From assembly GCA_963521035.1 (NCBI GenBank), contig CAUQTL010000001.1:25063-89062 (forward strand): DNA of 64,000 bases. Reading direction: 5' to 3'. Each line of letters starts with the position of its first letter. Position 1 is the stretch's first letter. The position numbers and the translations under genes were made by a program. This document shows positions 25,076 to 34,204 of the stretch, in pieces. The notes beneath the pieces are model-generated. The model was not told the DNA's origin. It was given only the letters and a program-made list of their open reading frames with translations, and ran no database searches. Source of the DNA: an uncultured Streptococcus sp. (GTDB lineage: Bacteria; Bacillota; Bacilli; Lactobacillales; Streptococcaceae).

Positions 25076-26758
25076 ATGGTAAGAGAAATAAAACCTCATG
25101 GCCCCTTGCCTAGTCAGGCCCAGCTAGCGTATTTAGAGGATGAATTAGCAGCCTTTATCCATTTTGGACCCAATACCTTTTATGATCAGGAATGGGGGAC
25201 AGGTCAGGAGGATCCTGAACTCTTTAACCCGACAAGGTTAGATGCGCGTGAGTGGGTTCGCGTGCTTAAGGAAACGGGCTTTAAGAAGTTGATTTTGGTG
25301 GTCAAGCACCATGATGGCTTTGTCCTCTACCCGACAGCTCACACGGATTATTCGGTCAAGGCCAGTCCTTGGAGGAATGGAGAGGGGGATTTGCTCCTTG
25401 AAGTATCCCAAGCTGCCACAGAGTTTGATATGGATATGGGGGTCTACCTATCGCCTTGGGATGCTCACAGTCCTCTCTATCATGTGGAGCGAGAAGCAGA
25501 CTATAATACCTATTATCTGGCTCAGCTGAAGGAGATTTTATCAAATCCTGCCTATGGAAATGAAGGGAAATTTGCTGAAGTCTGGATGGATGGTGCCAGA
25601 GGAGAGGGAGCTCAAAAGGTCAATTATGAATTTGAAAAATGGTTTGAAACCATTCGTGAACTGCAGGGCGATTGCTTAATTTTTTCAACAGAAGGCACTA
25701 GTATCCGCTGGATTGGCAATGAACGAGGGTATGCAGGTGATCCACTGTGGCAAAAGGTGAATCCTGACAAACTAGGAACAGAAGCGGCGCTGGATTATCT
25801 TCAGCATGGAGATTCTTCAGGCACTATTTTTTCAATCGGTGAGGCAGATGTTTCTATTCGGCCGGGTTGGTTTTACCATGAAGAGCAGGATACTAAGTCT
25901 CTTGAGGAGTTGGTGGAAATCTACTTTCACTCAGTGGGGAGAGGAACCCCGCTCCTACTTAATATTCCGCCGAATCAAGATGGTCTCTTTGATGAGAAGG
26001 ATATCAAACGGCTTTATGAATTTGCGGCTTATCGTGATGAGCTCTATAAAGAAGATTTGGCTCTGGGAGCTAAGGTATCTGGTCCAGCTCTATCACCAGA
26101 CTTTGCTTGTCATCATCTGACAGATGGCCTTGAGACCAGCTCTTGGGCAAGTGATGTAGGCTTGCCCATCCAGTTAGAACTCGACTTAGGGTCACCTAAA
26201 ACTTTTGATGTAATTGAGTTAAGAGAAGATTTGAAGCTAGGGCAACGAATCGCTGCTTTTCATGTGCTAGTAGAGGTGGACGGTGTCTGGCAAGAATTTG
26301 GCATGGGCTTTACAGTTGGTCATAAGCGTCTCTTGCGAGGTCCGCTAGTAGAGGCACAGAAGGTGCGCGTGATGATTACCGAGGCGCAATCTAAGCCTGT
26401 ATTGACCAAGATTTCACTCTATAAAACTCCTAGCTTATCACAAAAAGAAGTTGTTCAGGGACTAGAATTTGCAGAAAAAAGTCTAGCTGTAGCAAAGGGA
26501 GAGACTCTTCATTTTAGGATTGAACGTAGCGAAAGTAATACTCCTTTGGAAGCTAAGATTTCGATTCAACCAGGGACGGGGGTACATGGTGTCGCTTATC
26601 AGGATGAGATTCAATTCCTTCAATTCCAAGCAGGGGAAAGCAAAAAAGATTTGTGCCTACCAACCCTGTATTTTGCTGCTGATAAGACCTTGGATTTCTA
26701 TCTAAATCTAACTGTGGATGGACAACTGGTTGATCAAGCTCAAGTACAAGTTTCATAA
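25076..26758 (+). CDS. GH29 alpha-L-fucosidase
   Basis: FIHFGPNTF, KHHDGF, YLSPWD, WMDGA, RWIGNE. Confidence 0.93.
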   Translation: MVREIKPHGPLPSQAQLAYLEDELAAFIHFGPNTFYDQEWGTGQEDPELFNPTRLDAREWVRVLKETGFKKLILVVKHHDGFVLYPTAHTDYSVKASPWRNGEGDLLLEVSQAATEFDMDMGVYLSPWDAHSPLYHVEREADYNTYYLAQLKEILSNPAYGNEGKFAEVWMDGARGEGAQKVNYEFEKWFETIRELQGDCLIFSTEGTSIRWIGNERGYAGDPLWQKVNPDKLGTEAALDYLQHGDSSGTIFSIGEADVSIRPGWFYHEEQDTKSLEELVEIYFHSVGRGTPLLLNIPPNQDGLFDEKDIKRLYEFAAYRDELYKEDLALGAKVSGPALSPDFACHHLTDGLETSSWASDVGLPIQLELDLGSPKTFDVIELREDLKLGQRIAAFHVLVEVDGVWQEFGMGFTVGHKRLLRGPLVEAQKVRVMITEAQSKPVLTKISLYKTPSLSQKEVVQGLEFAEKSLAVAKGETLHFRIERSESNTPLEAKISIQPGTGVHGVAYQDEIQFLQFQAGESKKDLCLPTLYFAADKTLDFYLNLTVDGQLVDQAQVQVS

Positions 26759-26761
26759 AAT

Positions 26762-26794
26762 AAAAGAGCCTTTGCACGATACAAAGGTTCTTTT
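26762..26794. terminator. Bidirectional intrinsic terminator
   Basis: AAAAGAGCCTTTG...CAAAGGTTCTTTT between convergent GH29 and GH92. Confidence 0.75.
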
Positions 26795-26803
26795 GTCTAC
26801 TAG

Positions 26804-28888
26804 CTAGTGACTTGGTAACCAGCTGAGGGTGAAGGTTAGTTGTTCAGCTTTTAAGAGGTTTTGGTGTTGAATAGTTGATATGAGTGTTTTATCCAGTCGG
26901 CATTCTTTTACAAAATTGAAATGGCTGTGGTTTTGTTTAGTATAGATATCCAGCCATTTACCTTCTTTAGCAAGGTAGATACGGAGGTGGTCAAAGAGAG
27001 GGATTCCGAGATCATAGATTGGTTTGCCTGGACAGGTCGGATAAAATCCGAGAGACGACCAAATGTACCAGGCTGAGAGACTGCCATTGTCTTCATCGCC
27101 AGGATAGGCTTCCCAACTTGGGTGAAAAGCTTTCTGACGGAGCGTCTTGATGAGAAGAGCAGTGTAGTCAGGGTAATCGCTGTAACGGAAGAGATAAGGA
27201 ATGTGGAAGCTTGGCTGGTTGGAAATGGCGAGTTGTCCAAAAGGAGCAGTAGCCATCTCGCTCATTTCGTGAATCTCGTAACCATAGCCTGTTGTCTCAA
27301 AGAGGGGAGCCTCCTGACAGGCTTTTAAAAGATAGTTGCTAAAGGCTTCTTTTCCACCCATAAGCTGGATCAAGCCTGGGATATCGTGGAGGACGCCTAA
27401 AGTTGCTTGGATGGCAGAGCATTCGGCATAGTCGCGTCCCCAACTATAAGGAGAGAAGTCAGGACGGAAGTTGCCTTGACTATCAAGCGCTCGCATGTAA
27501 CCTGTCTCAGCGTCAAATAGATGGCGGTAATTTTGTGATGCGGCCTTGTAGGTTTCAGCGATTTCTATTTTCCCTAGTTTTTCAGCACAGCTAGCGATAC
27601 AAAAGTCACTATAGGCATAGTCTAGGGTGTGGCTGACGCTTTCGTGGTGGTCGGTAGAGAGGTAGCCTAGTTCTTGGTATTGGACTAGTCCGTGACGACC
27701 ATTGATGCCGAGAGGGTCGGCCTTGCTGGCTGTTTCAAGCATGGCTTGGAGGAGTTCTTCTTCTAGGTCGGGGGCCATGTCCTTGCAGGCGCTATCTGCG
27801 ATAATACCGTCTAAAAGTGTACCTGGCATCATACCCCGTTCATCTGGAGCCAGCCATTTTGGAAGGAAACCAGTATCGCGGTAGTTATTGAGAAATCCTT
27901 CTAAAAAGCGGTGGTAGTGTTCCGGTATGATAAGGGCAAAGAGGGGGAAGGTGGTTCGGAAGGTATCCCAGAAACCATTGTTGTTGAAGAGGACACCAGA
28001 CTTGACAGTTCCAGTAGCCAGATCCATGTGGATGACTTGTCCTGATTCATCAACCTCATAAAAAGTCTGAGGAAAGAGGAAGAGTCTGTAGAGACAGTGA
28101 TCAAAGAAGGTTCGGTCAGCTTCTCCTGTCTCTATAATGTCAAAACGATGGAGGAGATTTCCCCAATCTTTTTGTGCACTTGCTTTGCAATTATCGAAGT
28201 CTTGTTGAGGTAGATTAAGCAGTGCTTGAGAAGGAGAGATGAAAGAAGTTCCTAGCTGAATTTCAGCATGGCTACTTGCTAAGTCGATTCGCCAGTCTTC
28301 GCCTTCTTGGCTGATAGCAAGAATATCTGTATTCATTTGCAAGGTAGTGAACATCGTTAGTGGATTTTTGTTGGTTTCAGTTTTCCCTTCTTGTCGCAGG
28401 GCAAGAGTTCGCTTATCTACTTGTTCCACGGTCAGCTTATCTGCTACGTGAAGGTAGAGGGAGAGGGCTTTGCCTTGCTTTTGCTCCAAACGAATAGAAG
28501 CACCGTAGCAAGTCGGTGTAAGCTGGCTTTCAATCTGATAGCGCAGGGAGAAAATATTCAGATAATGAGGTTGGAAAGAGGCCTTATCCATATCATAAGA
28601 AGACTGGCGGTGAAAGAGACTGTCTCCACTAATCTGGCCTGTGACAGGTGTCAGGAGGAGCCAAGAGTAGTCGCCAATCCAAGGGCTGGGCTGGTGGGTT
28701 AATCGAATCCCCTGAAAGATAGGCAGATGCGGATCGAAAAACCAAGATCCTTCCTGGTTACTGGTCTGGGGTACAAAGTAATTCATCCCAAAAGGCACGC
28801 CTGTGTATGGCAGGGTATTTCCCCGAGAAAAGGCATGCTTGCTGGCAGTTCCAAAGCGGGTATCGATGGTTTCAAGTAGTGGTTTCAT
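26804..28888 (-). CDS. GH92 alpha-1,2-mannosidase
   Basis: GNTLP..PFGMN, HQPSPWIGDY, WDTFRT, SNQPSFHIPY, GDEDNG. Confidence 0.93.
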   Translation of the reverse strand: MKPLLETIDTRFGTASKHAFSRGNTLPYTGVPFGMNYFVPQTSNQEGSWFFDPHLPIFQGIRLTHQPSPWIGDYSWLLLTPVTGQISGDSLFHRQSSYDMDKASFQPHYLNIFSLRYQIESQLTPTCYGASIRLEQKQGKALSLYLHVADKLTVEQVDKRTLALRQEGKTETNKNPLTMFTTLQMNTDILAISQEGEDWRIDLASSHAEIQLGTSFISPSQALLNLPQQDFDNCKASAQKDWGNLLHRFDIIETGEADRTFFDHCLYRLFLFPQTFYEVDESGQVIHMDLATGTVKSGVLFNNNGFWDTFRTTFPLFALIIPEHYHRFLEGFLNNYRDTGFLPKWLAPDERGMMPGTLLDGIIADSACKDMAPDLEEELLQAMLETASKADPLGINGRHGLVQYQELGYLSTDHHESVSHTLDYAYSDFCIASCAEKLGKIEIAETYKAASQNYRHLFDAETGYMRALDSQGNFRPDFSPYSWGRDYAECSAIQATLGVLHDIPGLIQLMGGKEAFSNYLLKACQEAPLFETTGYGYEIHEMSEMATAPFGQLAISNQPSFHIPYLFRYSDYPDYTALLIKTLRQKAFHPSWEAYPGDEDNGSLSAWYIWSSLGFYPTCPGKPIYDLGIPLFDHLRIYLAKEGKWLDIYTKQNHSHFNFVKECRLDKTLISTIQHQNLLKAEQLTFTLSWLPSH

Positions 28889-28962
28889 AGTCTTTCCTTT
28901 AGCTGTTTTTCTACATTATATCAGAAAAATGGGGCCTTTAGAAAAGGAGCTTCAAAGATAAC

Positions 28963-28980
28963 TATTTTGTAGAAAAATGA
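28963..28980 (+). repeat. Left att core
   Basis: TATTTTGTAGAAAAATGA; 17/18 identical to 43380-43397, last 13 bp exact. Confidence 0.85.
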
Positions 28981-29058
28981 ACCTGTTTCAAAATAAATCT
29001 AACAAAAACCCTGTTGCTATTGGCTTTTTGCTTTGTCTTGAATTGTTAATTTTTGAAT

Positions 29059-29080
29059 TTGTTCCCCTTTTTGCTCCCCC
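29059..29080. repeat. Putative integrase arm-type sites (left)
   Basis: Tandem TTGTTCCCC / TTGCTCCCC, echoed at the right end (43257-43289). Confidence 0.55.
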
Positions 29081-30246
29081 TATAGTGCTTTTAGTGCAGT
29101 TTCGTAGAATGATACTGCTTTTTTTGCGTTCTCTTTTGAGAGGTGGCTATATGTGTCCATGGTCATGCTGATTTGAGAGTGACCTAGACGGTGCTGGAGT
29201 TCCTTGTAAGGTATTCCAGAGTTAAGCAGTAAACTAGCGTGAGTATGACGGAAACCATGAAAACCTATATTCGGAACATCAGCGCGTTTAAAATGTGTTA
29301 GTAATCTTTTTTTAAGTTTTACAATGCTAGTATATTCATGAATGAAGTCAGAAAATACTACACTTTCACGTTGCCCTATCTTCCAAGCCTCTTTAGTTTG
29401 GCGTAGTTTGTACTGCTTCAGCATGCTAACAGTCGCTTGATCTATATCTATATCCCGATAACTAGCCTTAGATTTTGGGCTATTGATTTCTAGATCCCGA
29501 TTTAGTGTTTTGGTAATATGCACAACGGCATTATCTAAGTCTATATCAGACCAGCTAAGCGCTAGAGCCTCATTGATACGGCAACCAGTTGCCAGTAGGA
29601 ACTTATAGAGCGTTACATCATAGTAATAACGATATTTACAACTATCTAAATTATCAAGATAAACAAGAAACTTTTTTAACTCTTGATTATCAAAGTGCTT
29701 TAGCTTTTGTCGCTTTGCTTTCTGAGTGTTACGAGGTAAAACCACATCACGCGCAGGATTGGACGGTATTGCTTGCATGGTTACGCCATACTGTAAGATA
29801 CGTTTGTTTAAAGCGTGTATCATATCATAGTGTAGAAAAGCGCCCTCTTCCCCTCTATTAGCCTTATCAGCAAGTTTATTGATAATTGACTGAATAAGTG
29901 GAGTAGTGAGCTTATCGAGCTTATACTCCCCGAAAGTAGGCAATATGTGATTATCTATTAGCGCTCTAACGTTTCCTTGAGTGTTTGGCTTAACTGTATT
30001 CTTATAGCTTTCCCACCAGAGAGTTGCCAATTCTTGATAGTTTTTTATGGTAATAGCCTTTTGTCTGGTAGATCCTGCTTTTTGAAAAGCTATTTTTTCT
30101 TGATTGGCTTTCTGCTTAACTTCCTTTTGTGTCCGACCTGTTACTTTGGTTTTTACTTTCTTTCCTGTTACCTGGTCAACTCCTAGATAGACATTAGCAC
30201 GGTAAACTTTACTACCGTCTTTTTTTATAACTTCAGTTATTTTCAT
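29080..30246 (-). CDS. Tyrosine integrase
   Basis: TGCRINEALAL, HGFRHTHAS, RLGH, catalytic Y in DTYSH; transcribed toward the att site. Confidence 0.96.
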   Translation of the reverse strand: MKITEVIKKDGSKVYRANVYLGVDQVTGKKVKTKVTGRTQKEVKQKANQEKIAFQKAGSTRQKAITIKNYQELATLWWESYKNTVKPNTQGNVRALIDNHILPTFGEYKLDKLTTPLIQSIINKLADKANRGEEGAFLHYDMIHALNKRILQYGVTMQAIPSNPARDVVLPRNTQKAKRQKLKHFDNQELKKFLVYLDNLDSCKYRYYYDVTLYKFLLATGCRINEALALSWSDIDLDNAVVHITKTLNRDLEINSPKSKASYRDIDIDQATVSMLKQYKLRQTKEAWKIGQRESVVFSDFIHEYTSIVKLKKRLLTHFKRADVPNIGFHGFRHTHASLLLNSGIPYKELQHRLGHSQISMTMDTYSHLSKENAKKAVSFYETALKAL

Positions 30247-30432
30247 GATGATAAACCTTTCTAAAATACATCAGCAGGCAAGCCATTATCAAAAAGGTTT
30301 TATATCATGCTAGGGGCTACGAGATCCCCCTTATTTTCGTTTTTAAGTAGTCAGACGGTAAATAATACCAGAGTAGGAAACAAGGCGGATATGGGGCTAA
30401 TATGGGCTTGTTTATAGTAAACGGGCATGTAT

Positions 30433-31428
30433 TTAAAGTTTTTTATCGTCAGTTAGCTGTTTTAAAGTTTTTTCAAAGTCCGAGTTTATCTTTTGAGTTT
30501 TGTTGAATAGTTGGTATTCTGCTTTTGCTTTATCTTTCGCAACCTTGGAAGTGATTTTTCCATGACCTTCTAAAATATCGTATTCTTGGAAAGTCAAAAA
30601 GCGGTCAATGCTTTGGGCTAGTTGTTGCATTGTCTGAGCTTTTCGCTGTTCTATCTGTCTTTCCAGGTAATCAAAATAGCTAGATATTCCTCTTTCAAGG
30701 GAACGGATTTCTGTTTCTGAAAGGTAATTCTTTGCTATTTGGGTATCTGCTTGCAGTATGCGACCGTTAGGGGAGTTTTTCCACGTTGTAAGTCCCATGT
30801 TGTCTTTTGTATGGTCAGCTTTCGTGTAGATAATTTCCGCAGCAGTTTGGCCAGTAATTGCATAATGAAACTTATTCTGTACATCAGCATAGAATTGCTT
30901 AGTCAATGTACTTTGTGGATCATAGTCAATAGAGATTTCTGCAAAAATATCTGTAATCTGCAACCATATACGACGCTCACTAGCTCGGATAGAACGCACG
31001 CGCTCCAAGAGCTCACGGAAATAGTCTTTTTCCAGCAAGTTTTCGCCTTGTTTCAGACGGTTGTCATCCATGGCGAACCCTTTTATCATGTACTCACGAA
31101 GTACCGAAGTAGCCCACTGTCTAAATCTCGTAGCTTTTTGGGAATTGACACGATAACCAACTGAAATGATGGCGTCAAGATTGTAGTAAGTAATTAAGTA
31201 ATTCTTCCCATCGGTAGCAGTTGTTTCCATTTTGGAAATAACTGAATCTTCTTCTAATTCGCCCTCTTCAAAGATATTTTTTAGGTGTTTACTAATTGCA
31301 GGAACACCGACATCGAAAAGTCTAGCCATTTCTTTCTGACTAGCCCAGATAGTTTCGCCTTTGATGATGACACTAGCTGTCTCGCTATCGTTATCAGCGG
31401 TATAGATTAAGAATTGTAATTCGTTCAT
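30433..31428 (-). CDS. RhuM-family protein (accessory)
   Basis: ETIWASQKEMARLF, YNLDAIISVGYRVNS, FRQWATSVLREY..KGF, IRASERR; start trimmed to MNELQF after AGAAAGGA. Confidence 0.85.
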   Translation of the reverse strand: MNELQFLIYTADNDSETASVIIKGETIWASQKEMARLFDVGVPAISKHLKNIFEEGELEEDSVISKMETTATDGKNYLITYYNLDAIISVGYRVNSQKATRFRQWATSVLREYMIKGFAMDDNRLKQGENLLEKDYFRELLERVRSIRASERRIWLQITDIFAEISIDYDPQSTLTKQFYADVQNKFHYAITGQTAAEIIYTKADHTKDNMGLTTWKNSPNGRILQADTQIAKNYLSETEIRSLERGISSYFDYLERQIEQRKAQTMQQLAQSIDRFLTFQEYDILEGHGKITSKVAKDKAKAEYQLFNKTQKINSDFEKTLKQLTDDKKL

Positions 31429-31603
31429 GAAATCCTTTCTAAAATATTGTAAGTGGTTGACATTTGTTGACATCAACAAAATTAGTAGATATGGGGCTTA
31501 TATGAGCTTGAAGCTCGAACGAAGCTTGAGAATCCACGCGCTTCAGGATTGTTGAACATTGTGGCGCGTGGGTATGGTATAGGTCGCATTTTAAATGCAA
31601 GAG

Positions 31604-31694
31604 TGGTATAATGATGTTGTAAATACCTAACCTTTAGCTTATTTTCAGTTAGGTACTATTAGACAAGTTGGCAGTAGCTAGCTTGTCTTTTTTT
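31604..31694 (+). ncRNA. Putative small RNA (promoter, hairpin, terminator)
   Basis: TGGTATAAT extended -10, ACCTAAC/GTTAGGT hairpin, AGACAAG...CTTGTCT plus T-run; no ORF seen. Confidence 0.5.
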
Positions 31695-31811
31695 GTTGCT
31701 ATTTGTCAATTTTGCCCATTTTTGCGCTTTAGTTTGAAAAATCGGCTTTCTATTCTTCAATTTCCCCCGTTTTTGCACTTTAGAGAGTGGAAAGTGGAAA
31801 TTTATTTGATA

Positions 31812-32261
31812 TTAATCGTTATCTTTTTTAAATGATACTGCATCTTTCTTTGCAAATTTTTTTGCAATAGTTCTAAGTAGTTCTCTCTCATCATCTGTGC
31901 AGAAAAAGTAGTTAAGCATCAATTCTAGGGCGAATGGTTCAAGATGCTTTCTTAATTTTTCATAGTCATAAAAATCTAAATCGGTTTTTGATAATTGCAT
32001 ATAGTCAAATTCTTGCCATGAACGATACTCTCTTGGTGTTGGAATGTAACCATCAAATGGGTCTTTTTTACTATTTGTGTAATTTAGTAAGTATCCAACA
32101 CTTACCCCAAAGTAATCAGCTAATTGTTTTGCTTTTTCTGGTTTGATTTGGCTTTCTCCATTTTCCCAATTTTGAAGAGTCCGATAATGAACCCCAATAT
32201 TCTCAGCTAACTCTTTTTGAGATAGCTTTTTTTCTTGTCTTAATTCTTTCAATCTATTCAT
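31812..32261 (-). CDS. XRE-family master repressor (Stl/cI-like)
   Basis: MNRLKELRQEKKLSQKELAE...WENG HTH; divergent from cro-like gene; no S24 peptidase domain evident. Confidence 0.88.
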   Translation of the reverse strand: MNRLKELRQEKKLSQKELAENIGVHYRTLQNWENGESQIKPEKAKQLADYFGVSVGYLLNYTNSKKDPFDGYIPTPREYRSWQEFDYMQLSKTDLDFYDYEKLRKHLEPFALELMLNYFFCTDDERELLRTIAKKFAKKDAVSFKKDND

Positions 32262-32285
32262 GCTTTATCACACCTTTCACAGATG

Positions 32286-32372
32286 ATTATATACTATATC
32301 TTAGAAAAAGTACAATTTTTTTGTGCAAAAATTAAAAAAACAGTTGACAACAGAAAAAATATTGTGTATTAT
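32286..32372. promoter_or_regulatory. Divergent genetic-switch promoters
   Basis: Rightward TTGACA(32344)-17-TATTAT(32367); leftward TTGTAC-18-TATAAT (32315 to 32286). Confidence 0.75.
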
Positions 32373-32378
32373 ACAAAT

Positions 32379-32451
32379 CAAGCATAGAAAAACTGTGCAT
32401 AACCCCCTCCAACCTTTCACACTTTCAATCTATTCATGGAGGGGATTTTTT
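32379..32451 (+). ncRNA. cro-leader hairpin/attenuator with antisense copy of the repressor start region
   Basis: CCCCTCCA...TGGAGGGG stem followed by T-run; 32422-32438 identical to 32246-32262. Confidence 0.6.
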
Positions 32452-32467
32452 AGAAAGGGGGAAACCT

Positions 32468-32668
32468 ATGAGCAAACTACGAGGCTATCGGGTTATGTTA
32501 GGACTAACTCAACAACAGATGGCGGACAAGCTAAAAATTTCTTTGCAGTCATACAACAACAAAGAATTAGGTAAAACGCCATTTAACGACAAGGAACGCC
32601 TAGCGATTAAGTCAATGGTTGCAGAAGTCAAATCAGATATAACCATAGATGAACTATTTTATAGCTAG
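32468..32668 (+). CDS. Cro/Str-like HTH protein
   Basis: 66 aa XRE HTH (GLTQQQMADKLKISLQSYNNKELG), first gene of rightward operon. Confidence 0.85.
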   Translation: MSKLRGYRVMLGLTQQQMADKLKISLQSYNNKELGKTPFNDKERLAIKSMVAEVKSDITIDELFYS

Positions 32669-32683
32669 AAAGGCAGGCAAGCA

Positions 32684-33454
32684 ATGAAGAGGAACTATAC
32701 AAGGGTCATCGATGAAATGCGAACCACTCACGGGCTGAACTTGGTAGCTATTGGCCAACGGATAGGCATAGATCCCCGAACAGTTGGCAAGTGGGCACAG
32801 GGCAAACATAAGCCCAACAAGGAAAGCAGAAAAAGACTAAATCAGTTATACAGAGAGGTTAAGCAAGATATGACAACACAGCAAAAAGATTTATGTGATT
32901 TTTTTGGGAACTTCTATCCCAAAGGAGAACCACACAACAAAAAGGAAGTTTTGGAAGTTGTAACAACTCAACGATTTGGATCTAAACACTTTGATGTTTA
33001 TGGAGACATTCAAAATCCGTTATTTGTAGCGGTAGAGGTTGCTGAGATGATTGAAATCCAAAACACCACGGATTTACTAAAACGGGTAGATGATGATGAA
33101 AAGCTGACCTATGTAATATCTAGGGCAGGTCAAAAAAGAGAAATGAATATGCTGACAGAGTTCGGAGTCTATGAAGTTTTATCGCAGTCACGCAAACCAC
33201 TAGCAAAAGAGTTTAAAAAAGTGGTCAAGCACATTCTGAAAGAAATCCGACTAAATGGCTACTACATGGCTGGGGAACTGGTGGAAGAACCACAGACCAC
33301 TATAAAAGCCCCTGATACGTTGGCAGAGGCAGAGCGGTATTATATCGATACACTAGCCAAAGCCATTGCAGAGGCTCAAAATATGGACGAGAAGAGCCGT
33401 CTGACAAGCAAGTTAACCAAATTCATGCAGGAGGTAGAACCACAATGGAACTAG
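32684..33454 (+). CDS. HTH plus BRO-N antirepressor-like protein
   Basis: N-terminal HTH; PLFVAVEVA, LTEFGVYEVL, SRKPLAKEFKK, IRLNGYY BRO-N motifs. Confidence 0.82.
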   Translation: MKRNYTRVIDEMRTTHGLNLVAIGQRIGIDPRTVGKWAQGKHKPNKESRKRLNQLYREVKQDMTTQQKDLCDFFGNFYPKGEPHNKKEVLEVVTTQRFGSKHFDVYGDIQNPLFVAVEVAEMIEIQNTTDLLKRVDDDEKLTYVISRAGQKREMNMLTEFGVYEVLSQSRKPLAKEFKKVVKHILKEIRLNGYYMAGELVEEPQTTIKAPDTLAEAERYYIDTLAKAIAEAQNMDEKSRLTSKLTKFMQEVEPQWN

Positions 33455-34071
33455 TCTACATGGACGGTAAAAAAGAGCCGTATACACTGAGCAGTATTGT
33501 GGCAGAATGCACGGGATTGCAACATCACACAATCACCAAGACGATCCGCAAACATCAAGCAAGATTTGAACAGTTCGGAAAGGTTGGATTTAAAATCCAA
33601 GCTATGGAGAGTGGCCAGAATACCAAGGACTATATTTTGAATGAGCAACAAGCAACCTTGTTAGTTACATTCTTAAAGAACACCGAGCAAGTGGCCAACT
33701 TCAAAACCAACCTGGTCAAAGCATTCTTTGAAATGCGTGATGAACTTTCTAAGTTCCGTATGCAGAGGGCGCTAGAAAAGCCAAAAAGAAAAACACTGCA
33801 TGACAGTATTGAGAACTGGGAGGCAAAACCCAAGCACGCGCATAGCACCATGAACAACTTGCTACTGAAAGCAGTAACCGACAGGAACGCTAAGCAGTTA
33901 AGGGAAGAACGTGGGGGCTATAATGGCATCGATAGCTTGACAAGTGACGAGCTGGAGCAATACCAGGCATTTGAAGACATGGTCATAGCTATGATTGGCT
34001 TGAATATGAGTTACCAAGAAATCAAGGCTATGGCATTCAGAAATAAAAAAACACGCCAAAGAAGCGCGTGA
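33445..34071 (+). CDS. Rha-family phage regulatory protein
   Basis: YILNEQQATLLVTFLKNT, FKTNLVKAFFEM. Confidence 0.82.
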   Translation: MELVYMDGKKEPYTLSSIVAECTGLQHHTITKTIRKHQARFEQFGKVGFKIQAMESGQNTKDYILNEQQATLLVTFLKNTEQVANFKTNLVKAFFEMRDELSKFRMQRALEKPKRKTLHDSIENWEAKPKHAHSTMNNLLLKAVTDRNAKQLREERGGYNGIDSLTSDELEQYQAFEDMVIAMIGLNMSYQEIKAMAFRNKKTRQRSA

Positions 34072-34077
34072 TAGCAA

Positions 34078-34201
34078 CAAAAAAAGGCTTAGCAATAACC
34101 ACACCGCAGAGCCTTTCACACTAACACTAAAACGAATTTAACAAAGCAGGCAAGCTATTATCAAAGAGGTTTTAGTAAAGATTTATACCTAGATTATAGC
34201 A
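34078..34201 (-). ncRNA. Putative antisense small RNA
   Basis: Minus-strand TGCTATAAT (34201 to 34193) and terminator AAGGCT...AGCCTTTTTTT ending near 34078. Confidence 0.5.
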
Positions 34202-34204
34202 TAT

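Noticed and set aside
28889..29079. tRNA gene as integration target
   Set aside because: No cloverleaf or T-loop motif at either att end; no tRNA or rRNA recognised in the window
32323..32574. 83-aa ORF
   Set aside because: Overlaps the switch promoters and cro in another frame; no RBS
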